From assembly GCA_030704615.1 (NCBI GenBank), contig CM060733.1, forward strand, positions 31,124,001 through 31,188,000: a stretch of 64,000 nucleotides of DNA, written 5' to 3'. The stretch is from Takakia lepidozioides. Its lineage: Eukaryota > Plantae > Bryophyta. The position numbers and the translations under genes are program-made. Shown piece by piece: positions 12,081-24,699 of this stretch (position 1 is the first letter of the stretch; each line of letters begins with the position of its first letter). The notes under the pieces were generated by a model. The model worked only from the letters and a program-made list of their open reading frames with translations, was not told the DNA's origin and did no database searches.

Positions 12081-13580
12081 CCATAGAGCCATAGAGATTG
12101 TACTCATAAGACGTTGTTTGCCGTAGCCTTGTGGCCATTGACCCCGCGCCCAGTTTGAGCGGGAACAAAAGGGACAGAACCTACCTCTGTCAGGGGCTGA
12201 CGTTGGTAGTAAGACTTACCTCCATATAAAGAATTAATCCGGGTTTTCCAGATATCCTCTAGAAATCCCTTCACACAAGCATCAATCTGTTGTGTGTGAT
12301 TTGCCCAAAAACTAGGCCTCAGGAGGGCCTGGGCTTTTGGCTCAGCCTCGAGACTTTCAAAGTTGGTAAACAGGGGTACAGGCACAATTCCCTTAATAGA
12401 TTTGAAGAGAGCGTCTCTTTGGTGAGAGAACCCCAGACAGTGTATCAGAAAATGAATACCGTCTTCAGATTGCCCACACAACGGGCAATTGCACTCTCCC
12501 TTTCCTCTCTGCTTCTGTTTGTTGTTCAAAGGTAGGCTTCCTGCCCTGAGTTTAAATTTCAGTCTAGTGCCGAGAGTGGGTAGACCCTTGAGGTCATCCA
12601 AGATGTCCTCCCCCATGTCACAGACTGGAAACAAGTTTAGGGAAGTTTTCTGCCTAACTTCATTTTCATCAGACAATCTCATGGCAACAGACATGGCTGA
12701 GGACAGTACAGCCTCTAAGTCAGATTTATCCAGCAGGGTCAAGACTTGCGGATCCAGGTCCAGGTCCTTGAGAATCTCTTCTACTCTCTTCTGCCATGAC
12801 TTAGCCTGTTTGATAGACAGGGCGGTCCTGTTTCCAAGATATAGAGTCGATTAACTTAGGATATCTGGTGTTGGGCATATGTTGCAGCTGACCCCACCAT
12901 CTGACCTTGAATTCATCTTGTCGGGAGCTTAAGGACGGAATGCCAAACTCACCGCGAACAGCCACATTGGCTGTTTTGGATCATGCTGACATACACTCCT
13001 TAAGCACCCCCACTTGAATGGATTCTAGAGACTTAGCTTGGTTGGAGTTATCAACCCATATAGCAGATCTGTACTCCAAGGCAGGTCTAATAACGCAAAG
13101 CATGGTTTTCTTAACCTCAGAGTTGACCCCTCTGCAGTGGAAAAATTTAGTGAGCCCCAGAGCTTTGCCCTTGCCAGTTTGAACAACTTTCCGGATATGT
13201 GCATCCCAATTACAATTGGAGGAGAACTCAACGCCCAGGTAAGTGTAGGAAGGGAGGACCGGGATCTCTTGGCTACTCCACTGCCACTTAAGATCACTTC
13301 CTCCCTCTCCTCTGTCGTTGAATGCTACCACTGCACATTTGCTGACATTAGCCTCTAGCCCCCAAAGATCAAAGTATCTCTTCGCGCAATCAATCAACTC
13401 CTGGAGATTGGTTGGAGTCTCCCCTATGCCTGCGAAGTCATCCGCAAACATAAGGGCTAGTATGGTGGTATCACCCACCCTTAACCCAAATCCCTCACTT
13501 TCCACATCCTCGAGGAGTTGATTGATGAAAACATTGAAGAGCAGAGGGGAGAGAGTACAACCTTGAGCTACACCTTACTA
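12081..13580 (-). mobile_element. 5'-truncated LINE ORF2 (RT plus C-terminal CCHC-like motif) with a short tandem-repeat tail
   Basis: GVAQGCTLSPLLFNVFIN, LMFADD, YTYLGV, LRAGSLPL, CPLC..ED..HFLIHC. Tail reads CAATCTCTATGGCTCTATGG. Confidence 0.9.
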
Positions 13581-13924
13581 AATGCTCCTCATTTGGTTGT
13601 GAAGGCATTGTCATCATCAGAAGGATTTGTAGTGAGCCGTGGTGCGATGCTCAATTGTTGCGTGAAGGGTTGAGATTCTCGTTTCCTGTTTGTGCTGTTG
13701 TGGATCTATTGGTTTTTCTCTTTATCTCTCTCTCTTGTCCAGCTTGTAACTTTAGTTTTTGTTCCTGCAGGTTTTGAAGCATTTGCTGATGCATAGGCCT
13801 TGTATGGCATAGATATATAGTGATAGCTTCTTCGGCAACACTCCGCCATTTTTCTTCTGAAAAACAATGAAACACAGGATGTATGTATGTAAGACCATGG
13901 GGATGACCCACCCCTTTTTGTACC

Positions 13925-14160
13925 AATTGAATGTAGTTCTCAGAATTCGTCGCTAGTAGTGCGGAGCAACGCGAAGCCCTAGTTCTAGCGATGACCGAAG
14001 GTCGGAAGCTAGTTTAGCGTAGAGCAGGAATAGGGTGCCATAGTGCCACGTTTTTGTCGCCACGTCATCGTTGCCACGTTTCATCGCCACGTTTCGTCGT
14101 CAAATTCTTTGGAATCTGCCCGAGCTGCCCGCCCGGAAAACGCCAATAGAATTTCGCGCC
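13925..14160 (+). mobile_element. Helentron/Helitron2-like tail-to-head junction, copy 1
   Basis: TCGTCGCTAG (13947-13956), GNA-loop mini-hairpins and CTAG, directly followed by TTCTAGCGATGACCGAAGGTCGGAAGCTAG and GCCACG-rich repeats. Near-identical to 18625-18850. Confidence 0.6.
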
Positions 14161-14297
14161 AAGTGTTTCGAAACTGCCCAAACTGCCCTGCATCTTTGAT
14201 CTCTTGAACCACAGGAGGGGTTTCACAGGCCGATCGCGATTCGCAGATGGAGACGTTCAGAGATTATGAGTACGCAGCAGGAGCTCTCGCAGCAGAT

Positions 14298-17200
14298 GGT
14301 GGGACAACTGCAATAGCAAGGTGTGGCTTTTCTTAATGTACGATGTGACGAAGTTTGTCCATCCTGCAAATGGGGGTTCTTAGTACCGTGATTTGGTATT
14401 CTTCCTGATTTTTACAAGGTTCATGGGAGAATCAGCTTGGTCTTAGCAGGCCATGTTTCAATCTCTGCTTGCTCAGCTGCACCCGTGGTGGTTCTCACAT
14501 ACAATCGGACATTACCTGACTACAGACACAAGCAGCACACACAAAGGTCCTTTTGGGTTGATGGTCGCCAAATCCTCCTTGGGTCATGACACAAGGTCAA
14601 GGACAATGTGGTGAGGACAATGATTTGTGCAGAGGCATGGATAGCTAAGGAGCAGGGATAGTGTGTGGGTGGACAATAAACCTACATGGGTAGATGGTCA
14701 ACTAAAGGCAGCAGCTGCAGCGGCACAGTTGATAGAATTAGGCACCTCAACCATGACCACAACTTCTGAAAGAGGATCAAAAGAAGGAGTCCACAATGCC
14801 TCTTTTGGCACTTCTGGGCATGTGAAGATACTTTGTGCGGCAGGCAGCCTGACAAAGGCTCTACAGACTTCAAACCAAGGAGGCATTTCAGCGGATTCAG
14901 ATACGTATGTCTGTCTGTTGCTTAAGTGCATGAAGATGGAAGGTCTGGAAGCTGGAAAGCAGGTGCACACTCACATTATCCAAAGTGGATTCACAACAAA
15001 TGTTTTTCTACTCAACACCCTTGTCCAGCCTGCAAATCTTAGTTCAATCTCTGCCTGCTCAGCTGCACCGTGGTGGTTCTTACATACCAATCCAACATTA
15101 CCTGACTACAGACACAAGCAGCACACACAAGAGGTCCTTTTGGGTTGATGGTCGGCCAAATCCTCCATGGGTCATGACACAAGGTCAAGGACAATGTGGT
15201 GAGGGCACATTCTTCGACCTATTTCAGCCTGTTTTGCCCTCTCATCAGACTCAGCCCTAAGATGCATATTGAATTCTGTAAGTTAGCTGGTTGGGTACAA
15301 TGATTTGGTATTCTTCATGATGTTTACAAGGTTTTTGGGAGAGTAAGCTTGGTCTTAGCAGGCCATGCCCTCCAAGGTCACGTTCATTCTACTCTCAAGG
15401 CATGTGCCAGCATAGGTGCCCTGGAAAAGGGAAAACAGGTCCAAGCTGACATTTTGAAAGCTGGAATTGCACCAAATGTCATTCTAGAGACTGCCCTTGC
15501 TGCCATGTAGGCCAAGTGCGGGAGCATGAAGGAGGCCCGTCGAGTTTTCGACAATATGGCTGGACAAGATGTGGTTTCATTGTGCGATGATTGCTGCAGG
15601 ATATGCTCAGCAAGGGTGTGGTCACCTTGGAGACCTATGAGCAAATGATATGGGAAGGGTGGGTACCGGAAAAAGTCACATTCACTTCCGTTCTCAATGC
15701 ATGTGGCAGCCTGGCAGACCTGGAAAAGGGCAAAAAGATCCATGCTGGTATTATCAAAACCAGAATTGAGCCAAATATTGTCCTGGAAACTGCTCTTGCT
15801 AACATGCCACTTATCATACAGTGTTTGGTGAGAAACTGAGCAAGGGAATTTGAGATGCATATTGAATTCTGTAAGTTAGCTCGTTGGGTGTATCTGTGGT
15901 GTTTGATCATGTGGAACATAATGTTGGCAGGATTTACCAAGCATGGGTGTGGTAGGAATGCTTTGGAGACCTATGAGCAAATGTTGCGCTAAAGGGTGAA
16001 GCCCAACCACATCACATTTGTTTGTGTTTACAATGCGTGTGCAAGCCGGGGAGCTCTGGAAAAGGGGAAAGAGGTCCATGGTGACATCCTCAAAGCTGGA
16101 ATTGTACCAGATGTCATTCTGCAAACTGCTCTAGTGGACATGTATGCCAAATGTGGGTGCATTAAGGATGCGAAGGGAGTTTTCAACACTATGGCTGAAC
16201 AAGATGTGGTGTCATTGGACGCGATGCTTGCAGGGTATGCACAGCAAGAACGTGGTATGGAGGCTTTGGAGACTTATGAACAAATGATGGGAGAAGGAGT
16301 GAAGCCCGACCACATCACGTTTGGGTGCGTTTGCAATGCGTGTGCAAGCCTGGCAGCTCTGGAAAGGGGCAAAGAGGTCCATGGCGACATCTTCAGAGCT
16401 GGAATTGTACCAGATTTCATTCTGAACAATACCCTGGTGGACATGTTTGCAAAATGTGGGTGCATCTAGGACGCAATGGGAGTGTTCAACACTATGGCTG
16501 AACAAGATGTGGCGTCGTGCAAGCCTGGCAGCCCTAGAGAAGGGCAAAGAGGTATGGACAGCAGGGACGTGGGATGCAGGCTTTGGAGACCTATGAGCAA
16601 ATGATGTGTGATGGGGTGAAGCCCGACCACATCACATTTGTGTGCGTTTGCAGTGCGTGTGCAAGCCTGGCAGCCCTGGAAAAGGGCGAAGAGGTGCATG
16701 GCGACATCGTCAGAGCTGGAATTGTACCAGATGTGATCCTGAACTCTGCCCTGGTGGACATGTATGCCAAATGTGGGTGCATGGAGGATGCAAAGGGAGT
16801 GTTCGACAATATGGCTGAATGAGATGTGGTGTCGTGGAATGCAATGATCGCAGGATATGCACAACATGGTTGTCATAGGGAGGTCCTGCAACTATTTGAA
16901 GGAATGCAAAAGAGCGGCTTGAAGCAGTATGTGTTCTCTCTGCATGCAGCCACACTGGCCTTCTGAATGAAGGTAGACGCTACTTCGATTCCCTGATTCA
17001 AGATCATGGTGTCACTCCGACAGTATAGCACTTTGGCTGCATGGTGGACCTTCTTGGACGTGCGGGACAACTGGATGAGGCAGTGGACCTGATTAATAAA
17101 ATGCCAATCAATCCAGATGTTGTGGTGTGGAAGGCCTTGTTTAGTGCCTGCAGAATCCATGACAATGTAGAGATGGCTCAACGTGCGGCAACATCTATCC

Positions 17201-17721
17201 TCAAGTGGAATGAACAGGATGCCGCGACTTATGTTGCTATCAAACATCTATGTTGCAGCTTGCAGGTGCGTTGATACTGTAAAGGTAAGAAGAATGATGA
17301 AGGTCAGAGGGGTTGAAAAGGAGCCTGGTTACTGCTGTATTGAGGTTTGCAACAGGGTGCACACCTTCGTTGTAGATGACAAGTTGCATCCCAGAATTAA
17401 GGAAATCCATGCTGAGCTGAGAAGATTGTCTGGGAAGATGAAGGAGGCGGGGTATGTGCACTTTGTATTGCATGATGTGGGGAGGAGGAAAAGGAATTTT
17501 CTCTTTGCCACCATAGTGAGAAGCTGGCCATTGGTTTTGGGCTGATCAGCATGACCCCTAGGACGCCTCTCCGTCTCATCAAGAATCTTCGAGTGTGTGG
17601 TGACTGCCACACCTCCACCAAATTCATCTCAAAGATTGTTGACCGAGCAATTGTTGTATGGGACGCTAACTGCTTTCACCACTTTGAAGATGGGATTTGT
17701 TCTTGTGGTGATTACTGGTGA
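14298..17721 (+). pseudogene. Near-complete PLS-PPR-E-DYW RNA-editing factor pseudogene
   Basis: N-terminal module, P/L/S repeats, E domain ([10 protein letters not shown]), PG box (KEPGYCCIEV), HSEKLA, CGDCH, CSCGDYW* (TGA ends 17721). Many stops, frameshifts and internal duplications. Confidence 0.9.
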
Positions 17722-18139
17722 AAGGATGTCTTCTTGGAAAGATGCGAGTGTCTTGCTTCATTTATTGATCTGTGACTTAGCTACTCACACCATCCACCAT
17801 TTCCCGAAAGTATTGACCATGATGTACTGTTGAGTGTATTTCCTATGCCATAAATCCACAGGAAATGATAGTGGGGTCTACCCGGCATAGGTGGGAAGTC
17901 AGCCCATAATTGCACTTGACTAAAGGGGTGATTTTTGACCGATTCTGGTGACAGTGGATGGAAATCAGAGTGCTGTCCTAATTCTGGGTTTGGGTGGTGG
18001 AGCTTCTCCAAAGCTTCAAGATGGAAGTGAATACGAATTTTAATGAGCTTGATGAGAGGGGCAGCCCTGTGCACAAGTTTGTTCAGCATCAATGGTGGGA
18101 CAACCGAGGCAAAAATGTGAATGCCTGTCTGATTACCTG

Positions 18140-18495
18140 TCATTCTGAACACTATGGCTGAACGAGATGTGGTGTCGTGGATTGTGATGTTTGCAGGGTA
18201 TGCACAACAGGGGTGCGGGATGGAGGCTTTGGAGACCTATGAGCAAATGATGGGGGAAGGGGTGAAACCGCCCACATAACGTTTGTGTGCGCAAGTGGAA
18301 GCCGCAGCAGCAGCGGCACAAGTGGACATGTATGTTAAATGTGGGTGCATCGAGGATGCGAAGGGAGTTTTCAAGACTAAGGCTGAATGAGATGTGGTGT
18401 CATGGAACTCAATGCTTGCAGGGTATGCATAGCAGGGGCGCGGGATGGAGGCCTTGGAATGATGTGTGAAGGGGTGAAGCCTAACCACATCACGT
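18140..18495 (+). pseudogene. PPR motif fragments
   Basis: MAERDVVSW..AGYAQQG.GMEALETYEQM, with stops. Confidence 0.8.
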
Positions 18496-18624
18496 GCATC
18501 GGTATTTGTTGTTTCCTTCGAGGTTCAGTGTCGGGATGCTATGGAGGGCTTGGGTTTCTCGATTTTTCTGGATTTTTTTTCTTTCCTTATTTCAGGAGGG
18601 CAATCAGTGCAGCTACATGGGGTG

Positions 18625-18850
18625 CCAATTAAATGTAGTTCTCAGAATTCGTCGCTAGTAGTGCGGAGCAACGCGAAACCCTAGTTCTAGCGACGACCGA
18701 AGGTCGAAAGCTAGTTTAGCGTAGAGCAGGAATAGGGTGCCAAAGTGCCACGTTTTTGTTGCCATGTCATCATTGCCACATCACCATTGCCACGCGTTTT
18801 GTCGCCACGTTTCGTTGTCAAATTCTGTCAAGTCTGCCCGAACTGCCCGA
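18625..18850 (+). mobile_element. Helentron/Helitron2-like tail-to-head junction, copy 2
   Basis: TCGTCGCTAG (18649-18658) is the exact reverse complement of CTAGCGACGA (18687-18696). Junction CTAG|TTCTAG at 18684/18685. Confidence 0.6.
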
Positions 18851-18963
18851 ACTTGTCACTCACGCGCGCGCGCTGCTGCTTCTTTCTCGCTCGCTGTCTT
18901 CGTTTATGTTTGCGTGTCTCTGTGTGCGTCTGCCTTTGTGTGCTAGGTGTGGTTGCTGGAATC

Positions 18964-19073
18964 ATGGCTGGTGTGGAGGGATAGCACCAACAATGCAGGA
19001 GAAATTCACAACGAGGAGGAGAAGAAGCCTTTGGAGGGGGGGAGGTCACATTAATCTGAAAGTGAAGGGTCAG
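18964..19073 (+). pseudogene. SUMO: Captured SUMO exon 1 fragment
   Basis: Removing one G from each of two G-runs gives MAGVEDSTNNAGEIHNEEEKKPLEGGGHINLKVKGQ, matching the plant SUMO N-terminus. It ends where exon 1 ends, but the donor reads GG. Confidence 0.8.
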
Positions 19074-19144
19074 GGAATGGAAGCCCGTGGCATTTTTGTA
19101 GGGTTTGTTTCCCTGTTAGGCTTGAAGTCGTTAGGATCGTAGAG

Positions 19145-19365
19145 AATGGCACTTCTGGGCATGTGAAGATGTTTTGTGCGGCAGGCAGTCTGACAGAGCT
19201 CTACAGACTTTAAACCAAGGATCCAAGCATGAGATGCTTTGGAGACCTATGAGCAAATGATGCGTGAAGGGTTGAAGCCCAACCACATCACGTTTGTTTG
19301 TGTTTATGACCAGATGATACACAAAGGGGTGATGGCAAATGCGGTCACATTCACTTGCGTATACC
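19145..19365 (+). pseudogene. PPR fragments (N-terminal and P/L pieces)
   Basis: GTSGHVKMFCAAG..., ALETYEQMMREGLKPNHITFVCV. Confidence 0.75.
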
Positions 19366-19804
19366 ATAGCCACCAACTTGACAGGAAATGGTCAGCTTAT
19401 AGATCAGTTTCGCTACATCAGGTGTTAGAAAGTTTCTTTCTTCTAAAGTTGAATCAGAGTTTTATGGTTGTAGTGGCTGGTTGGGGCCACAATTTTCTTT
19501 CCTGAATTGGAGTTGACCATTTTGTCTTTGCAAAACTGGCCTTCCCTAAGCCGTGCTTCAAAAGCATGTTGCTCCATGCTTGTTGCCCGAGCCCATTAAG
19601 CTACTGTTGGCTTCTGCCCAATCTGTTCCATCAAGCTATCCCTCACTTTTTCCATTTAAAAAAAATCCTCCACACCCATCATTGGCACCATAGTTTGTTA
19701 CTTCTAAAACAGTATCTGAGAGCAGGAGATTGTATCTCTCCTCTTCTGCCTTCCCAAAAGAATGTCTCTCAAGCAAAGTCCACAAATCTGTCTCACGCCG
19801 AGTC

Positions 19805-20025
19805 TGATTAGAGGGCAAAACAGGCTGAAACAGGTCGAAGAAGAAGGTGCCCTCACCACATTGTCCTTGACCTTGTGTCACGACCCATCGAGGATTTAAC
19901 CGACCATCAACTCCATCAACCCAAGAGGACCTCTTGTGTGTGCTGCTTGTGTGTGTAGTCAGGTAATGTCGGATTGGTCTGTGAGAACCACCACGGTGCA
20001 GCTGAGCAGGCAGAGATTGAAACAC
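19805..20025 (-). pseudogene. PPR N-terminal module, inverted copy
   Basis: SISACSAAPWWFSQTNPTLPDYTHK.../NPRWVVTQGQGQCG, as at 14455, 15040, 21850 and 41240. Confidence 0.75.
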
Positions 20026-20094
20026 GGCGTAAGCCCAAGCTGACCCTTGTAAATGCGCTCAAGGACGCGGGGGCATCCCTTCCCCGCGCTGCTT

Positions 20095-20273
20095 TTCGGG
20101 CATTTCGGGCAGGTTCCAAAGAATTGACGACGACGATGACCTGGCTACAATGACATGCGACGAAATGTGGCTACGATGACATGTGACGAAACGTGGCAAC
20201 GATGACTTGGCACTATGGCACCCTATTCCTGCTCTACGCTAAACTAGCTTCCGACCTTCGGTCGTCGCTAGAA
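20095..20273 (-). mobile_element. Helentron/Helitron2-like terminus, copy 3 (free end)
   Basis: Reverse complement of TTCTAGCGACGACCGAAGGTCGGAAGCTAGTTTAGCGTAGAGCAGG..., flanked by AT-rich TAATATA and lacking the tail part. Confidence 0.6.
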
Positions 20274-20359
20274 TATATTAATAGCAAGGTAATAGGAAGC
20301 AATTGAAATGTTAAAGTGCGCCATGTTTTTTAATATGTTTTTTGTTTGTGTTTTTTTTT

Positions 20360-21000
20360 CCGTGGCGGCGCCAGCCTCGTGGGTCCACGCCAGGCCACAA
20401 GCTTGGTGCACTTGGCCAGGCGCTACAGCCGCGTGGCCAGTTTCCGCACGCGCGGGGAAGGCGTCACGTCACGTGGCGCGGTGTTTTTTTTTTTTTTTTT
20501 TTTTTTTTGGGGGGGGTTTCGGCCGCACTCTCGGCGCGTCGCCACGCGGCCAGGTGGTACATCCCGCACATGCGCGCCCTAGCCTGCCACTTCCGCACGC
20601 ACTGACAGGTGCCATGTGGCGAAGCGCCAATTTGTATTTTTATTTTTATTTATTTTTTGGGTTGGGTTGGGTTGGTGGCGGCCGCACGCTCGGCGCGTCG
20701 CCACGCGGCCAGGCGGTACAGCCCGCACGCACGAGCTCTGGCCTGCCACGTTCCGCACGACGAGCTGGCGGCGCTACGTGGCGAAGCGCCAAATATTGGT
20801 GTTTTTTTTTTTTGATTTGGTGGGTGGCGGCGCCTGTTGACGCGCCTCGCCTCGTGGGCCCACGCCAGCGTATGGCGCCTTCCCGCTCGTGTGTAATGTG
20901 GCTCGTGGGGCCAGCGCGCGCGCGGGCGTTTTGCAGCGCCAGGCCACGGGGCGAGGCGCCATGGATTTTTTTTATTTTTTTTTTCAGATTTCGGTGGAGC
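20360..21000. repeat. GC-rich degenerate tandem repeat (~160-bp period) separated by poly-T tracts
   Basis: Units at ~20521 and ~20680 share ggccgcac.ctcggcgcgtcgccacgcggccagg...gtggcgaagcgccaa. Confidence 0.7.
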
Positions 21001-21574
21001 GAGCCAGGGAGGTTTTCCTAACGGAGCCGCCACTTCGTCCTCCTCCGTAACCCTAGCCGCCGCCGCCGCCGACGCCACCCTCCCAAATTTAAATGTGTGT
21101 TTTTTTTTTGCTGTTGGTTGATCACGGGGTGGCTGCCCTGTGTGGCGCTGCAGCTGTTGGATTTTGAAGATCCAACGGACGCGGGGTTGAGTAGATTTTT
21201 TTTTTTTTTTTTTGTTTGTTGGTTTGTCCGAGCCGTTGGATCTCACTACAACAGATCGAGGTATATCTGACTGCCGAGCCGTGGTAGTCATGGTTTTTCT
21301 GACTTTGACCATGACTTCCCTGTATTTTTGGACCAAATGGGGCTTCACGTAGTCGTTGAAATAACTACGTGACTACGTAGTCCTTGGGCGACTACTTTGA
21401 TAGACGTCGTCATGACTGCATGGCTCCGCACTAAACGGATGGTCAATGATGGTTGACCAGTGCGAGCTCACCACCAAATAGTCGCCGGAATGACTTCTAG
21501 TCCAAGCCTGGTAGCCAAAAGGTTAAAAAGGTTTAAAAATTGCTTATAGGGTTGTGCATGAGAGGGCAGGACTT

Positions 21575-21605
<31 letters not shown>

Positions 21606-21649
21606 CTCCCTGCGCGGTTTCTTAGTATCGAGCTGTTGTGTTGGGTCAT

Positions 21650-23980
21650 GGAACGCGATGATCGCATGATAGGGGTGTGGGATGGAGGCTTTGCAGACCT
21701 ATTTTTGAGCTACTGATGCAGGAAGGGACGAAGCGCAACCTACACCGCAACCGCAATGGGCTCTTGGCTCCTGTTAGTACCATGATTTGGTATTCTTCCT
21801 AATGTTTACAAGGTTCTTGGGAGAGACAGCTTGGTCTTAGCAGTCCGTGTTTCAATCGACGCCCGCTCAGCTGCACCGTGGTGGTTCTCACAGACCAATA
21901 TGACATTACCTGACTACAGACACAAGCAACACACACAAGAGGTCATATTGTGTTCATGGTCAGTCAAATCCTCCATGGGTCATGACACAAGGTGGAGGAC
22001 AATGTGGTGAGGGCACCTTCTTCTTCGACCTATTTCAGCCTGTTTTGACCTCTCATACTGAATTTCTTTACGGTGGTGGGACAACCGCAATCACAAGGTG
22101 TGGCTTTTTCTTAATGTACCATGTAAATTTCTAAGTTAGTCCATTGTGCAAATGTGGGCTATTGGCTCCTGTTATGATTTGGTATTCTTCCTAATGTTTA
22201 CAAGGTTCTTGGGAGAGTCAGCTTGGTCTTAGCAGGCCGCATTTCAATCTCTGCCCGTTCAGCAGTGGAAATCGCAGCAGCGGCACAATTGATAAAATCA
22301 GGCACTGCTACTCAAGGCACATTCTTCAACACATTTCACCATATTTTCTCCTCTTATCATAATCGGCCCTAAATTGGTGAGGGCACCTTTTCTTCAACCT
22401 ATTTCAGTCTGTTTTGCCCTCTCATCATTAGGGTTGGGGTGTTTGCTGGAAGAGTGCCGGATTTCAAGCACAAGATTACCTATGATTCCCTATGGATCCA
22501 TTGCTACAAGAAACCTGCATGGGTAGATGGTGAACTGGAAGCCACAGCAGCAGCGACACAATTGATATATTAGGCACTGCTAATGAAGGCAACCTTCATC
22601 AACACATTTCACCCTGTTTTCCCCTCTTATCAAAATCGGCCCTAAATTTTCAGGTTGAATTTCTGTAAGTTACTGGTTGAGTGAACCTTTGATAGTTTGC
22701 AATGTGTGTGCAAGCCTGACAGCTCTGGAGAAGGGCAAAGAGGTCCATGGCGACATTGTCACAGCTGCAATTGTACCACATGTCATTCTGAACAATACCC
22801 TCGTGGACATGTATGAAGGGAGTGTTCGACAATATGGTTGAACAAGATGTGGGTATCGTGGAGTGTGATGATTGCAGGATATGCACAACTACGGCGTGGG
22901 ATGGAGGCTTTTGAGAACTATGACCAAATGATGTGCGAAGAAGAGAAGCCCAATCACATCACATTTGTTTGTGTTTGCAATGTGTGTGCAAGCCTGGGAG
23001 CTCTGGGAAAGGGGAAAGAGGTCCATGGTGACATCGTCAAAGCTGGAATTGTACCAGATGTCATCATGAACATTGCCCTGGTGGACATGTTTGTCAAATG
23101 TGGGTGCATTCAGGATGCGAAGGGAGTTTTCCAAACTCTGGCTGAACGAAATGTGGTGTCGTGGAACGCCATGCTTGCAGGGTATGCACAGCAGGGGCAC
23201 GGGATGGAGGCTTTGGAGACCTATGAGCAAATGATTGGGGAAGGGTGAAGCCCGACCACATCAGGTTTGTGTGCGTTTGCAGTGCGTGTGCATGCCTAGC
23301 AGCCCTGGACAAAGAGGTGCATGGTTGCATCGCCAAAGCTGAAATTTTACCAGATGTGATTCCCTATGGATCAATAGCTACAAGAAACCTGCATGGTAAA
23401 TGGTCAACTAAAGGCTGCAGCTGTAGCGGCACAGTTCATGAAACCAGGCACCTCAACCATGACCACAACTTCTAAAAGAGGATCAAGAGAGGGAGTCCAC
23501 AATGCCTCTTCTGGCACTTCTGGGCATGTGAAGATGCTTTGCGGCAGGTAGACTGACAGAGGCTCTACAGACTTAAAACCAATGAGGCATTTCAGCAGAT
23601 TGAGGTATGTATGTATGTCCCTTGCTTAAGTGCAACAAGATGGAAGGTCTGGACGCTGTAAAGCAAGTGCACACTTACATTATCCAAAGTAGATGCATGC
23701 CAAATGTTTTTCTACTCAACACCCTTGTCTCCATGTATGTTAAGTATGGAAGCATCATGGATGCTCACCAAGTGTTCAACAGAATGCCTCAACAATCTTT
23801 GATCACGTGGAATATAATGTTGGCAGGAGTTACCAAGCATGGGTGTGGTAGGAATGCTTTGGAGACCTATGATCAACTGCTGCACGAAGGGGTGAAGCCC
23901 AACCACAACACATTTGTTTGTGTTTGCAATGCGTGTGCAAGCTTGGGAGCTCTGGAAAAGGGGAAAAAAGAGGTCCATGG
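21650..23980 (+). pseudogene. Scrambled PLS-PPR pseudogene pieces (upstream/N-terminal modules and P-L-S repeats)
   Basis: ORFs 22838-23248 and 23607-24032 are PLS motifs. The N-terminal modules are duplicated. Confidence 0.85.
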
Positions 23981-24699
23981 TGCCTGGTGTGAGTGGCACA
24001 AATGCCCCACCGACCATGACCACATTTCCTGACTGTTTAGACAAAAGATAGCATAAGCTCAGGCCTGAACAAGTTGCTTACACTAACAAATGGTCCGATG
24101 AGTGATTCTTGGACGACACCTAGGCAACATTACCTAGGGCCCCTGCCATGAGGAGGCAAGAGTAAATTAGTTGGGAGAGACTGGTGTTCCCAGCAGCTTT
24201 GACAATGAAACACAAATGAAACAATAGAAGAAATACCTTTGCTTCAAGAAAATCCGAACTCTTGTGAATCCTTGGAGATTCTGACAGCCTGAAAAGGAAT
24301 TTCAACTAGTGAGTGGTCACAAATGCCACATGTGAAAACAATCCCCCACTATTGACAACAAATGAGCAACTCATCTAGTCATTCCATCATCAACCATTGA
24401 CAAGTCTCTTTATTGTTATGCAATCTGCTGAGAGAGAGCGAGAAGTATAAATTAGACTAAGCCTGCCTACAGTTTCACATCTTGAATATTATCCCATGTT
24501 ATCCCACAGGGCACAGCTCCGGCACCTCAACAATCAGTTCCAGAGTAACAATGCAATCTTATAAAAAAAAAAAACAGCGTGGCAGGGGAAGAGAAGGAGC
24601 TGGAGTGGGAGCTGGAGGGTGGGGTGCCTGAGACATCTGTGCGTAGGGGAGGACGACGTGCGGGCTCAGAGGTAATTGCATATTCATTTCCTCTCAACT

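Noticed and set aside
20308-21348. 237-aa and 232-aa ORFs
   Set aside because: By-products of GC-rich repeats and poly-T/A tracts.
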